From Promethearchaeota archaeon (GTDB taxonomy: Archaea; Asgardarchaeota; Lokiarchaeia; Sigyniarchaeales; SOKP01), in assembly GCA_048938025.1 (NCBI GenBank), contig JBHLMP010000003.1:10952-66507 (forward strand): a DNA stretch of 55,556 nucleotides, read 5' to 3'. The notes under the pieces are model-generated. The model worked only from the letters and a program-made list of their open reading frames with translations, ran no database searches and was not told where the DNA came from. Shown here one piece after another: positions 1 through 9,477 of the stretch. The position numbers were made by a program, and so were the translations under genes. Positions within the stretch are counted from its first letter, which is position 1, and each line of letters begins with the position of its first letter.

Positions 1-103
1 ATTCAATTCTGATATTTCTCATATCCCCTAATAATACCTAATTTTAGGGAACTTTTTCAATCTGAAAAGTTTATAAAAATTTCTAAATAATTAAAGTATA
101 GAT

Positions 104-706
104 ATGTTATATATGATTTTTAAAAATGTATTTATGGATTGGATTTCAGAACCACCAGGTTCAATGGTCTTTGTTTTATTATTAGCTTTAGTAACTGGAT
201 TAATTAGTTCACTTTTAACAAAATGGCTAGTAGATACTGAAGAGGTTGAAAGGAAACAAAAACAAATTAAAGCACACGAAGAAGAAAAGGAAAAAATTAT
301 TGATATGGCAGAAAAAGACCCAGTGCGATATAGAAAAAATCGTAAGCGGTGGGAACGCAAAGAAATGATGTTAAAAAAAACGCAACAATCTATGGCTCTT
401 CAGAGATTAAAGCCCACTTGTATAACTTTTGTCCCTATGATTGTTATATTTACAGTTGTGAGAATGATTTTCACAAATAATCCAGTTGCTCTAAGCCCTA
501 TGAACGCGAACGATGTTCCTCTCATAGGCACCTTCATAGCAGCAGATGCTCTCTGGATTAATTTCACAGCATGGTATTTCCTCTGTTCGCTTGGTATAAG
601 CACTCTACTTCAAAGATTTTTCAAGCTTCAAACCCAGGCTTCTGGCGGAATGGGAAAGGCATTTGGAGCTACAAAAGGTAAAGGATTAGAATTTCCAGAT
701 GTATAA
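104..706 (+). CDS. DUF106 / EMC3-TMCO1-like (Oxa1/YidC superfamily) membrane insertase; real start may be the ATG at 134
   Basis: TM1, then a charged coiled coil, then LKPTCITFVPMIVIF and C-terminal WYFLCS motif typical of DUF106/EMC3; lies beside the rpl34e-cmk-rpl14e block. Confidence 0.85.
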   Translation: MLYMIFKNVFMDWISEPPGSMVFVLLLALVTGLISSLLTKWLVDTEEVERKQKQIKAHEEEKEKIIDMAEKDPVRYRKNRKRWERKEMMLKKTQQSMALQRLKPTCITFVPMIVIFTVVRMIFTNNPVALSPMNANDVPLIGTFIAADALWINFTAWYFLCSLGISTLLQRFFKLQTQASGGMGKAFGATKGKGLEFPDV

Positions 707-711
707 GTTCA

Positions 712-812
712 TGGCGCAGACAGAGGGATTCGAACCCTCGAGTGCAAAGCACACTGGCTTTATGGTATAAGCTTCTCCAAGCCAGCGCCGTACCAGGCTT
801 GGCTATGTCTGC
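712..812 (-). tRNA. tRNA-Ser(GGA) with 15-nt intron at 37/38 (760-774), CCA encoded
   Basis: Acceptor GCAGACA/TGTCTGC, G73, anticodon arm CTGGC-TTGGAG[intron]A-GCCAG, long variable arm GTGC/GCAC, T arm GAGGG-TTCGAAT-CCCTC. Confidence 0.93.
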
Positions 813-885
813 ATAGTTTTTTTCAAAAAAAATTGATGTAAGTTTGATTTATATTTTAAGATTTGAAATTAATTGAGATTTTTAA

Positions 886-1158
886 TTATCTTATCGGGAT
901 AGAGACAACTTCATTCATTTTTTTTTGTAATTTTGCTTGTTTAATAGCAGTCTCAATTTCTTCATGCGAAGCTCCTTTTTTAATGTTTATTGCGTCTGTA
1001 ATCGGTTCAATGTGTTTATAATTAACTCTTCTTCTTCGAATTTTCAATCCATCTATTATTAGATAATTTTTATCTATGATATCAACAATAACACAATAAT
1101 GTCCTGCTTCTCTTCCCGTTGTTTTTATACATATTCTTCCAATATCATAAACACTCAT
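886..1158 (-). CDS. rpl14e: 50S ribosomal protein L14e
   Basis: IGRICIKTTGREAG..CVIVDIID KOW motif and RRRVNYKHIEP; follows cmk. Confidence 0.96.
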   Translation of the reverse strand: MSVYDIGRICIKTTGREAGHYCVIVDIIDKNYLIIDGLKIRRRRVNYKHIEPITDAINIKKGASHEEIETAIKQAKLQKKMNEVVSIPIR

Positions 1159-1299
1159 TTATAATTCGTCACCAAATTATTTTTAGTTCATTTTCCTTTA
1201 CTGAATTTTTAATATTCCAGTAAAGATAAATTATCTATTGTAAATTAAAAAATATGTATCAAAATAAAATTTTTATGATTTTCAAAAGTTAAAGATAAG

Positions 1300-1833
1300 T
1301 TATAATTTATTTAGAGAGGAGAGAATTCTATTTAAAACTTCTTCAATAGTTAAATTTTGTGTATCAATTATTAGGTCATATATTTTTTTAATTTTATCAT
1401 TATCGCTTAAATCAATATTGTATAATTCTTTGAATCTTTTTAATTCTGATTTTTCTCTCAATAGAGTTTCTTTTAGATTATCTTCATATGATGTCAGATC
1501 TCTTTCAGCCATTCGTTTAACACGAGTTTCTAAAGGACAGGTTAATAGTATTTTAAAATCTGCGAATGATTCAAGGATATAGCCACTTAATTGACTATCA
1601 ACTATTATATTTCCTTTTTTAGCGATATCTATTATCTTTTTGTCTAATTGTTTATCGATCTCAGGATTTTCTTCCACATAATGAGTAAATTCTTTTAAAG
1701 ACATATTCATATCTTTTGCTAAATCTCGAAATGCTTCACCAGTTGAATAATATTTAATTCCAAGATACTTAGCTAACTTTTTACCTATTACTGATTTCCC
1801 AGTGCCATGTAAACCTGAAATCGTTAAAATCAT
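1300..1833 (-). CDS. cmk: Cytidylate kinase (archaeal)
   Basis: P-loop ISGLHGTGKS, YSTGEAFR, position between rpl34e and rpl14e. Confidence 0.93.
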   Translation of the reverse strand: MILTISGLHGTGKSVIGKKLAKYLGIKYYSTGEAFRDLAKDMNMSLKEFTHYVEENPEIDKQLDKKIIDIAKKGNIIVDSQLSGYILESFADFKILLTCPLETRVKRMAERDLTSYEDNLKETLLREKSELKRFKELYNIDLSDNDKIKKIYDLIIDTQNLTIEEVLNRILSSLNKL

Positions 1834-1934
1834 TGTTATAACTAAAATTTCTAAATAATTTAATAATTAAATTATTGATTCTTAATTTTTAGAATTTTAT
1901 TATGCATTATTAAGAATTATAAAATTAAAATTCA

Positions 1935-2204
1935 TTATTGCGTCCATACTGTCTCTTTAATTAGAGTTTGAAGACATTTTGCACAATATCGCCCACTTTC
2001 TAATCGGTTTGCCCTTCTAGCAGTCTTATTTGTTTTTTTCATTTTTACAGGTCGTAATCTTGGAATAGACTGAATTGGTTTCTTACAAATGGTACATCGA
2101 GCTCTATGGGGTTTTTTTCTCCAATAATGTGACACATTTTGATTGCCTGGTGTCCTTACTTTCTTTCTAGCTTGAGCTTTAGATCTAAGACCTGGACGAG
2201 GAAT
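1935..2204 (-). CDS. rpl34e: 50S ribosomal protein L34e (89 aa), apparently starting at ATT (2204)
   Basis: In-frame upstream extension of the ORF gives (M)PRPGLRSKAQARKKVRTPGNQNVSHY, the conserved L34e N-terminus; two CxxC motifs. Confidence 0.92.
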   Translation of the reverse strand: MPRPGLRSKAQARKKVRTPGNQNVSHYWRKKPHRARCTICKKPIQSIPRLRPVKMKKTNKTARRANRLESGRYCAKCLQTLIKETVWTQ

Positions 2205-2294
2205 AGTGATTACCTTAATTTTGTTTTTATAGAAATAATACTTAAACTAATAAAATTTAATATAATAGAAGAAATATTAACTTTATTATTTTAC

Positions 2295-2951
2295 TTAGGT
2301 CTTGAGATTTAATTTATTTTGAAATTCTTTAAAAACTTGATAGATATCATCTACTATTCTCTCACTAAATCTTCTATTTTCAGAGAGTTTAGTAGAATTA
2401 TTTAAAACTCTTTTATTTATTTTATCAATATTTGTTTGAATTTCCTCCATCCCAGGGAATTTTTCTATATTTTTTTTTAAATCTTCAAATAACTTATTTA
2501 TTAATTCGATCTCTTTAAATTCCCTTAACTTTATAGCATCCATAAGTGTTATAAATGATGACGTTATCTCTAAAGTTATCCCAGGCAATTCCAATACTGA
2601 TGCTCTCATCTTTTTTGAAAATTGGGATCCTTGTCTATCTTTACTTCCTAATCCTTCATTAGAAAGATCTAATGAAGAAATTTCATTAATAATATCAATA
2701 GCTCTATAGTAATCTTGAGTAAGTTTCATTTTTTTTAAAAGTTTAGAAAGAATTATTTTTTTATCATTCAAAGAAAAATTAAATTTAAGTAACTCATTGG
2801 TAGAATTCTTAATAGTTTTTAGAAAGAAATTTTCTTTAATAACTCCATTCTGGTACTTCTCATATAAGTTAAATATAGTATTTAATAGTGCAAATAACTC
2901 AGATTCAATTTCAGGTTCGATTGTAAGAGATTTATCGTTATCTGGTGTCAT
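2295..2951 (-). CDS. vps28: Vps28-like ESCRT-I subunit
   Basis: ELFALLNTI..L..KY..G.I N-terminal pattern and EITSSFITLMDAIKL, matching the Vps28 FIT.MD.L+L motif. Confidence 0.75.
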   Translation of the reverse strand: MTPDNDKSLTIEPEIESELFALLNTIFNLYEKYQNGVIKENFFLKTIKNSTNELLKFNFSLNDKKIILSKLLKKMKLTQDYYRAIDIINEISSLDLSNEGLGSKDRQGSQFSKKMRASVLELPGITLEITSSFITLMDAIKLREFKEIELINKLFEDLKKNIEKFPGMEEIQTNIDKINKRVLNNSTKLSENRRFSERIVDDIYQVFKEFQNKLNLKT

Positions 2952-3012
2952 TTTAGTTATTATAATTAGTAGATTAAATTATATAAAAATAAGATTTTGT
3001 ATTATTAAATTT

Positions 3013-3924
3013 TTAACCAAATATAGTTGGCCTTAAAAAATAGAAAATTATAGCAACCAGAATACCTATAATAAAAGTAGGTATTAAAACACGATAAGTA
3101 GAAGAATTGCTTAATTCTCTAATAGCCAATGTCATCAAGATAGGAACCCATATTGCTATCGTTAAGGCATCAATAACATCTAAAACAGCCCAGCTTTTAG
3201 ATCTAAAGATTTGATTAAATATAACTTCATTAAATATCAAGATATCAGGAACATCTACCGTAGGAAAAGCAACTAATACAATTAATATTTTAATGGCATT
3301 TATTAGTAAAAAGGGAGTAAATGCACATAACATCATTCTAAATTTATATGAACCTTCTAAGTGTAACATTGTTCCACCTTTATAAATGCTAAATGGACTA
3401 ATCTCTTCTTCTTTATATCTTTCTCTTACTTCTCCTATTGCTCCGAAGCGATCTTCCAATCTTTCAGTAAATCCTACAGCGTAATTGGCTCCTTTAGTAA
3501 CCAACCAAATTAATATTGAAAAAAAGATTAATTGAAAACAAAGTCCAAATATGAAAAAAGCACCAAAAAAGCTAAAGGTAAAGAAAGCTTTTGTAAGTGA
3601 AGAAATACTAGTGAAATTAAAGTGTGAGAACAAAGCTAAACCCATTAGTCCATAAAGTAAGGAGCTCAATAGCAAAATTAACCACCCTGGAGCTTTACTG
3701 CGTTTATGGTTAATATCCCAAAATCCTCGATTGGGCTGAATGAACAGATAATAAATTTTCATATACCATGGATACGGATTTGCCCATTCTGCCTCATATC
3801 TTCTAAAAAAAGAAATTGTTTCAATTTTTTCGATTTTTAATCGTACACCACAGAAACTACAAGCAAAACTATCAGCACGATTCTCATTTCCACATCTAGG
3901 ACATCTTTGAATAGCAATACTCAT
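3013..3924 (-). CDS. Zinc-ribbon + Yip1-domain membrane protein
   Basis: CPRC..CSFC ribbon; LFIQPNRGFWDI followed by about 5 TM helices with YIP1-like spacing. Confidence 0.65.
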   Translation of the reverse strand: MSIAIQRCPRCGNENRADSFACSFCGVRLKIEKIETISFFRRYEAEWANPYPWYMKIYYLFIQPNRGFWDINHKRSKAPGWLILLLSSLLYGLMGLALFSHFNFTSISSLTKAFFTFSFFGAFFIFGLCFQLIFFSILIWLVTKGANYAVGFTERLEDRFGAIGEVRERYKEEEISPFSIYKGGTMLHLEGSYKFRMMLCAFTPFLLINAIKILIVLVAFPTVDVPDILIFNEVIFNQIFRSKSWAVLDVIDALTIAIWVPILMTLAIRELSNSSTYRVLIPTFIIGILVAIIFYFLRPTIFG

Positions 3925-4047
3925 TTTTTGATTACTCCTTAAAATTCATTATAATAATCATATAATAAAATAATCTTATAAAAATTTCTTTTAATTTTCT
4001 TATTTAAATAAATTACAATTGTTAAATTAAAAATTATTATCTTTTCA

Positions 4048-5136
4048 TTAACTTATTTCTTGAAATTCTATAATAAAATAATTTTCTTCTTTTAAAATGT
4101 CATATTTGCGATGAGAGAAGGATTGAATTAGTTCTAGATTAGTTTTTGTATGGTTTGTAATTTCAAGTACTTTTATTTTTGATGCCCCACTACAATAGGC
4201 CATTAATGGTATTAATTGGTCACTTAGAAAATTGTCAACAGGGATCTCATTTTTGATATATTTAAGAATTTCATTAGCAGCTATCGTTCCAAGTTTTTCA
4301 GAAGTAATTTGTTTTTCACCTAAAATTGTACCCGTGGATATAATGGCTCCTGTATCAGAATGTGCCCATAAAAAAAGCCCTACACCAGGACTATATGAAT
4401 TTACAAACTTATATTTTATGTTTGTTTCTAATTTTATACTTTTTCTAACTTGTTGTTCAATGGTTCTTTTTATTCTTTCATTTATATTACTTTTTTTCAA
4501 TTGATTAGTTAAAATGATTTCTCCATTAATATTTTCTAAATTCCCTAAATCTATTAAATTTATTGGCTTTATTTTGTTGGTTGGTGGATATATTACGCAT
4601 TTTACTTTAGCACCTCCCTTAGGATAAAATCCATGTTGATCTATATCAATATCAATTTTCAATCCAGAATTGTTAAAAATTTGATATGTCACTTCTTGAA
4701 GGTAGGTAAGACTTGGAGCCCATTTACCAAATGTACCTCCACCATTCAATATTAACTCAATTTTTTCTGGTTTATTAAGAGCTAAACATGATATTTGTAT
4801 TGGTTGAAGTAGTAATCCTAAACTTGCTGCTGTGTTAATATTAACTTGAATTTTATCTTTTATTTTTTTATTTGGAATTAAAGTTACTTTTTTCGTACCA
4901 ACATGACATTCAGATAAGGTACTACTTGTTAATTCTGATAAAGTTTTAAGACCTAACATATGTTGAGTTCTTAAGCCAGGTTTTGGTCTATTAGCACGAA
5001 TATTTTTAATTCTGATCGGTTGATTAAATAGAATAGAAAATCCTGCACCTAACCGGAGTATAGCACCTCCCCCTTCTCCCATCGCACCATTAATCTCTAA
5101 AAAATCTAAATTAGTCAACCAATTCACTGTTTTCAT
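4048..5136 (-). CDS. rtcA: RNA 3'-terminal phosphate cyclase
   Basis: GEGGGAILR, IRANRPKPGLRTQH, GFYPKGG, VD.FLSDQL, catalytic ITNHTKTN. Confidence 0.95.
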   Translation of the reverse strand: MKTVNWLTNLDFLEINGAMGEGGGAILRLGAGFSILFNQPIRIKNIRANRPKPGLRTQHMLGLKTLSELTSSTLSECHVGTKKVTLIPNKKIKDKIQVNINTAASLGLLLQPIQISCLALNKPEKIELILNGGGTFGKWAPSLTYLQEVTYQIFNNSGLKIDIDIDQHGFYPKGGAKVKCVIYPPTNKIKPINLIDLGNLENINGEIILTNQLKKSNINERIKRTIEQQVRKSIKLETNIKYKFVNSYSPGVGLFLWAHSDTGAIISTGTILGEKQITSEKLGTIAANEILKYIKNEIPVDNFLSDQLIPLMAYCSGASKIKVLEITNHTKTNLELIQSFSHRKYDILKEENYFIIEFQEIS

Positions 5137-6271
5137 ATAACATTTTTATTCTCTCAATCCCATTAAAATCTTCAATCAAATCAATAACTTCTTTAGGTAC
5201 TAAGTGCCTCCAGTTATTATTTTCTTCTTTTATTAATATTCTTATGTTGTTACCATTGAATTTTTTGTTAAATATTGTTATTTTTCTTCCTAATTTAAAA
5301 CCTTCATTCTGAAATAATTCTCGAACCCAATCGCTATTAGAAAAAACAACATTGAAGTCTCCAACTATAGAGACAACGTGATTAACCCACTTTTTTGCAT
5401 TAAAAATATCTGGAATCTCATATATATTATATCGTTTATTTACTATTTTCCTTTTCTTTAAGGTTGCTTTGATAAATTTTATTCTTTCTTCACTTGTGAA
5501 TGGATCATTTGGCAAATGAGATAACTGAGAGCTTCCTATTCCTATTTTTACTATATTATATAAATTAAATATTGTATTGAGCACATAAATGTGACCATGA
5601 TGTAATGGTTGAAATCTTCCTATAAATAATGCTACATTTTCTTTTTTATTCTTATTATCCAATCCTTGCTTAAAATGAGATATTATATCCATATTTAAGA
5701 TTTTTCTCCAGATTTTATGTGAATAATCGATGAGTTTCTCATTTTTTAGCAAAACTTCTAATTCTTCCCTCGTGTAAAATTGGCTTCCATCAGTTTCCAC
5801 CTCATTTGGATTAGGTTTTAATTTAACGTCATAATCAACTAATCCAATAAATATATAAGAGATCTCTTTTGTTAAATTATCTTTTTCTGTACTTAAGTCA
5901 AAAAATTTAACTTTTCTAATCTTACTTGATGGAATTCCAAATTCTTCTTCAAGTTCTCTCATTGCATTTTGCTTAACTTCTTTGAGATCTAAAGTTTTTG
6001 TCCAAATTACATGCCCAGAAGCAGAATCTGTATAATATTCAGGATAAGATTTCTTACTTTTACCACGTTTTTGTACAAGATAAAGAAGTTTATTATCGGA
6101 ACTTATTGAGACTATGAAAAATCTAACAATAAGATGTGTTACTTTTTGTCGATGCGCTTTTTTCCGTTCCATAGGAAAGACATATTTAGAAATTTGCCCT
6201 GATTGCAAATATTTTATATTCTTATCCTCAATGCAAGCTAAAAATTCTTTTTCCATAGACTTTTCCTTCAT
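5111..6271 (-). CDS. Nudix (IDI-like) domain fused to C-terminal NMN adenylyltransferase
   Basis: N-half QKRG..K..YP..SASGHV..AMRELEEEFG; C-half FIGRFQPLHHGH and NDPFTSEER. Confidence 0.85.
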   Translation of the reverse strand: MKEKSMEKEFLACIEDKNIKYLQSGQISKYVFPMERKKAHRQKVTHLIVRFFIVSISSDNKLLYLVQKRGKSKKSYPEYYTDSASGHVIWTKTLDLKEVKQNAMRELEEEFGIPSSKIRKVKFFDLSTEKDNLTKEISYIFIGLVDYDVKLKPNPNEVETDGSQFYTREELEVLLKNEKLIDYSHKIWRKILNMDIISHFKQGLDNKNKKENVALFIGRFQPLHHGHIYVLNTIFNLYNIVKIGIGSSQLSHLPNDPFTSEERIKFIKATLKKRKIVNKRYNIYEIPDIFNAKKWVNHVVSIVGDFNVVFSNSDWVRELFQNEGFKLGRKITIFNKKFNGNNIRILIKEENNNWRHLVPKEVIDLIEDFNGIERIKMLYENSELVD

Positions 6272-7101
6272 AAATTAACTTTTATAACGTCTCCTACTTC
6301 AACTCCTAACTCTTTTGCTGCATTTCCTCGATTAATAGAAATTTCAAGATATCCACTTGATCCTCTTAGAAATAATAATGATGTTATTGGTACAACTGAG
6401 AAATGGGATGTATATTTACCTTTCCAAAACTGATTTTTAATCTGTACTCTAATTATATCATCAATATTTAATGAAAATGAAGTTCCCTTAATATTATTAT
6501 CATCTATTTTAATATTAGTAGTTATATTCCCAAAAGAATCTATATATTGAATAGTACATAAGATCTCTTTTTTTTCCAATATAACTTCATACTTAATTGG
6601 AATTCCTACTAGATTGTTTAAACTAACCTTTGGTCCAAAATTTTTAAGTGTTATTCCATTTGAAATATATGCTCCAACAGGAGCCATAATATCCCTACCA
6701 TGAAATGTATTCGATATGGGATGAAGGAAAAAATCCTCATTTTGAAGTTTAACACATTCAGAGATTTTATCATTTTCAGGTAAAACTGAAAAAACCCCAT
6801 TGTTAGGACCTACAAAAAAATAATTTGATTCAGTCTTTAGAGCTAATATTTCCCTATAACTCCCGACCCCTGGGTCAACAACAATTATGAATACTGTATA
6901 TTGAGGGAAATGTTTATACGTGGTTTTAATTATATAAGAAGCTTCAATTATAGAAAATGAAGAAATATTATGCGAGATATCAATAATTTTTGCGATCGGA
7001 TTGATTTTTAAAATGACTCCTTTCATACTTGATATATAATGAGAACTTTTAGACCCGAAATCTGTTAATAAACCGATTATATTACAATTAGGATCTGCCA
7101 T
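6268..7101 (-). CDS. SAM hydroxide adenosyltransferase (DUF62, chlorinase/fluorinase family)
   Basis: LLTDFG, VVDPGVGS.R, SNTFHGRDIMAP, YIDSFGN, LEISINRGNAA. Confidence 0.93.
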   Translation of the reverse strand: MADPNCNIIGLLTDFGSKSSHYISSMKGVILKINPIAKIIDISHNISSFSIIEASYIIKTTYKHFPQYTVFIIVVDPGVGSYREILALKTESNYFFVGPNNGVFSVLPENDKISECVKLQNEDFFLHPISNTFHGRDIMAPVGAYISNGITLKNFGPKVSLNNLVGIPIKYEVILEKKEILCTIQYIDSFGNITTNIKIDDNNIKGTSFSLNIDDIIRVQIKNQFWKGKYTSHFSVVPITSLLFLRGSSGYLEISINRGNAAKELGVEVGDVIKVNL

Positions 7102-7158
7102 TTTAATAATACTTAAAATTTGATAAATGTTTTAAAAAGTAAGAATTTGAAAAGACTA

Positions 7159-8064
7159 TTACTTTTTATGATATTTTTGATCAACATTATAAAAATCTTC
7201 TAATGCTTTGGATTTCAACCTATATTCCTCTTCTTTATCAAATTCAACTAACTTTTTAGATAATTCACTTGCTTTTCTATAATGCATATAAGCTGAATGA
7301 AATTCCTCATTTCTAAGAGCATTACGCGCTTCTTGTACAACACTTTCCCTCTCTTTTGAAAATTCAGGAATTTGTTGAGAAAAAGATCCTTTCTCTTTTA
7401 AAGAAGTAGAAATATCCATTAAATAGAGTTTTTCAGCGAGTTCCGCTGCTTTAATGTAAAATTTTGCTGCTTTTTCATAGTCCAAGGATTTTAATGAAGT
7501 TTCAGCTGTATTATAATAATCAGAAATTTTTGTATGTTCTCCATCTTCAATTTTTTGTAGTAATTCTTGAGCGATACTCCTTTCTTTCTTTCCACCACTT
7601 ATCATGAATTTTGTGATATTCTTGATACTTGCTCTTAATGCATCTGGTTGTAAAATATCAATTAAAGGTTCTAAATATTCAAGATATAAATCCTTTAATA
7701 TAATCTCAAATTCATCTTTTGAAATCTTTAAGATGTTAAGATTTGGCATTTCAAAAGTTTCAGCAGCTTCTTTAAGAGCGGAACGGAACTTCTCTGGTTT
7801 ATCATCTTCATTTAATAATAAGCCTATGATAATTCCAATAGCATTTCTAGATAATTTACCTTTAAATTTATAAAAATAAGAAAAAATCCTATGAATTTCC
7901 TTTAATTTTAATAGATTAAACTCATTTTTTGAATGATCAAGGTTTAATCTAAGGAATAAATCGTTAGTGACTTCGAAATCTGATTTATGCTCTTTAAAAT
8001 AATATCCTAAAATTTTATAATCTGAATCTGTTGGTAATAATATTGCAAAACAGCCTATTGGCAT
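7159..8064 (-). CDS. Hypothetical protein: alpha/beta N-domain plus TPR/SNAP-like helical repeats
   Basis: 301-aa ORF; repeats YEKAAKFYIKAAELA and FHSAYMHYRKASELS. Confidence 0.6.
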   Translation of the reverse strand: MPIGCFAILLPTDSDYKILGYYFKEHKSDFEVTNDLFLRLNLDHSKNEFNLLKLKEIHRIFSYFYKFKGKLSRNAIGIIIGLLLNEDDKPEKFRSALKEAAETFEMPNLNILKISKDEFEIILKDLYLEYLEPLIDILQPDALRASIKNITKFMISGGKKERSIAQELLQKIEDGEHTKISDYYNTAETSLKSLDYEKAAKFYIKAAELAEKLYLMDISTSLKEKGSFSQQIPEFSKERESVVQEARNALRNEEFHSAYMHYRKASELSKKLVEFDKEEEYRLKSKALEDFYNVDQKYHKK

Positions 8065-8132
8065 AGAGAGAATTACACCTTTAATTTTACTTATATTAAT
8101 CTTAATATCAAATTTAATAATGAAAAATAAAT

Positions 8133-8555
8133 TTAAATTGGTTTAGCGCCAATTAATCTATTGGTCTCTTCTCTTATAGACTGAATTATTGCTAATAGCT
8201 GAGTATAATAAAGATTATCCGATACTGCCTTTGATACCTGTTTTAGAGTTTCAATTGCTTTCTTTTCTTCATCTGTAATTGCCTCAATGGATTTTTTATC
8301 CCACAAATCCTTAACTTTTTTATTAAAATCTTCAGCAAGCTCCTGAATACTCTTACTGGACTGCACTCTGAATTGTTTTAATACTTCAACAATTAATCTA
8401 ATATTTTCTGTTAATGCAACGTTCTGTTCAGAGAAGCTTTGGCTCATTTGATCAATTGATGCTCTCATTTGCCCAATTTGTGCTATAGTTCCATCTAAAG
8501 ATTGAGTAATTTCATTAATTTTTTGAATCATATGCTCTAGGAGAGCTTCTGCCAT
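8133..8555 (-). CDS. Coiled-coil hypothetical protein
   Basis: 140-aa heptad-patterned ORF with SD-like GGAGTG upstream. Confidence 0.65.
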   Translation of the reverse strand: MAEALLEHMIQKINEITQSLDGTIAQIGQMRASIDQMSQSFSEQNVALTENIRLIVEVLKQFRVQSSKSIQELAEDFNKKVKDLWDKKSIEAITDEEKKAIETLKQVSKAVSDNLYYTQLLAIIQSIREETNRLIGAKPI

Positions 8556-8604
8556 TTTTCACTCCCTTTTCTTTTTTTCATTAATTCTAATATTTTATTA
8601 CTTT

Positions 8605-9009
8605 TTAGCCTTCTTTTTCTACTGATTTCTTTAGAACTTTTGCAGAATCAATTGCCTCTGATAAAAGTAAATTAACCGTATCTTGATTAAGAACACCTTC
8701 AGAAATTTTAACAATATCTTCAAGTTTATTAATTAGATTAGTAATAGCATCCAATCCTAACCCTTCTTGAATCTTTATTAACTCTTTTGTCGTTACTGCT
8801 CCAATTTCTTTTACAGTATCTATGTGTTTAGTTTGAGTAATATTAATTTCTGTTGAAAACTCCTGTAATTTTACTGTTAAGTTAGTAACTTTTTGTTCAA
8901 TATTTTTATTAAGTGCATCTAAGGAATTCTTTAATTCTTGTATCGCTTTACCCAATTGGGCTATTCTACCATATATATTTTGTAGAAGATCAGTTAACAT
9001 TTCCGCCAA
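8605..9009 (-). CDS. Coiled-coil hypothetical protein (probable distant paralog of 8133-8555), TTG start
   Basis: 134 aa, heptads, shared MAE.L and IAQ(I/L)G motifs. Confidence 0.65.
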   Translation of the reverse strand: MAEMLTDLLQNIYGRIAQLGKAIQELKNSLDALNKNIEQKVTNLTVKLQEFSTEINITQTKHIDTVKEIGAVTTKELIKIQEGLGLDAITNLINKLEDIVKISEGVLNQDTVNLLLSEAIDSAKVLKKSVEKEG

Positions 9010-9155
9010 GATAATCCACCAATCTGTAATTTTTGAAGTTTGAATTTAATTTCTTTTTATTAATTTATTTACTATTATAACAGAGTACAACAATAAAAAA
9101 ATTTTTATGTTTTTATGCTTTTTGACTTTATAATAGAGAGAAAAAAATATTCTCA

Positions 9156-9337
9156 GGGCCATTAGCTCAGACTCTATATGAGAACATCTCTCTTTAACTG
9201 AAATGGTTAGCAAGGTTTTATATCCGCTTGGCCAACAAGCGCAGGTCTTATAATTGACCCGTGGACATACATTAAAATAAATTTTTGTCCATGTCAGTAA
9301 AAACCTGAGATCCGGGGTTCGAATCCCCGATGGCCCA
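9156..9337 (+). tRNA. tRNA-Ile(UAU) with three introns (9173-9203, about 9210-9236, 9254-9302)
   Basis: Acceptor GGGCCAT/ATGGCCC-A; anticodon arm CAGGT-CTTATAA-ACCTG after intron removal; T arm CGGGG-TTCGAAT-CCCCG; removing 31+27+49 nt leaves a 75-nt cloverleaf; each insert has a BHB-like 4-bp helix. Confidence 0.88.
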
Positions 9338-9477
9338 TATTTTTTTATTGTTTGATATTTTTTAATTTAATCATTATAGTTCGTGAAACACCAATTTCAC
9401 GCTTGTTCATATATATCTATGTATTATTTAGAGATATCACTAAATAATATAAAAAAAGTACTTGGTTTGGATTAATT

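Noticed and set aside
1-22. Possible start of a minus-strand gene (MRNIRIE...) running off the window edge
   Set aside because: Too little sequence to support a call.
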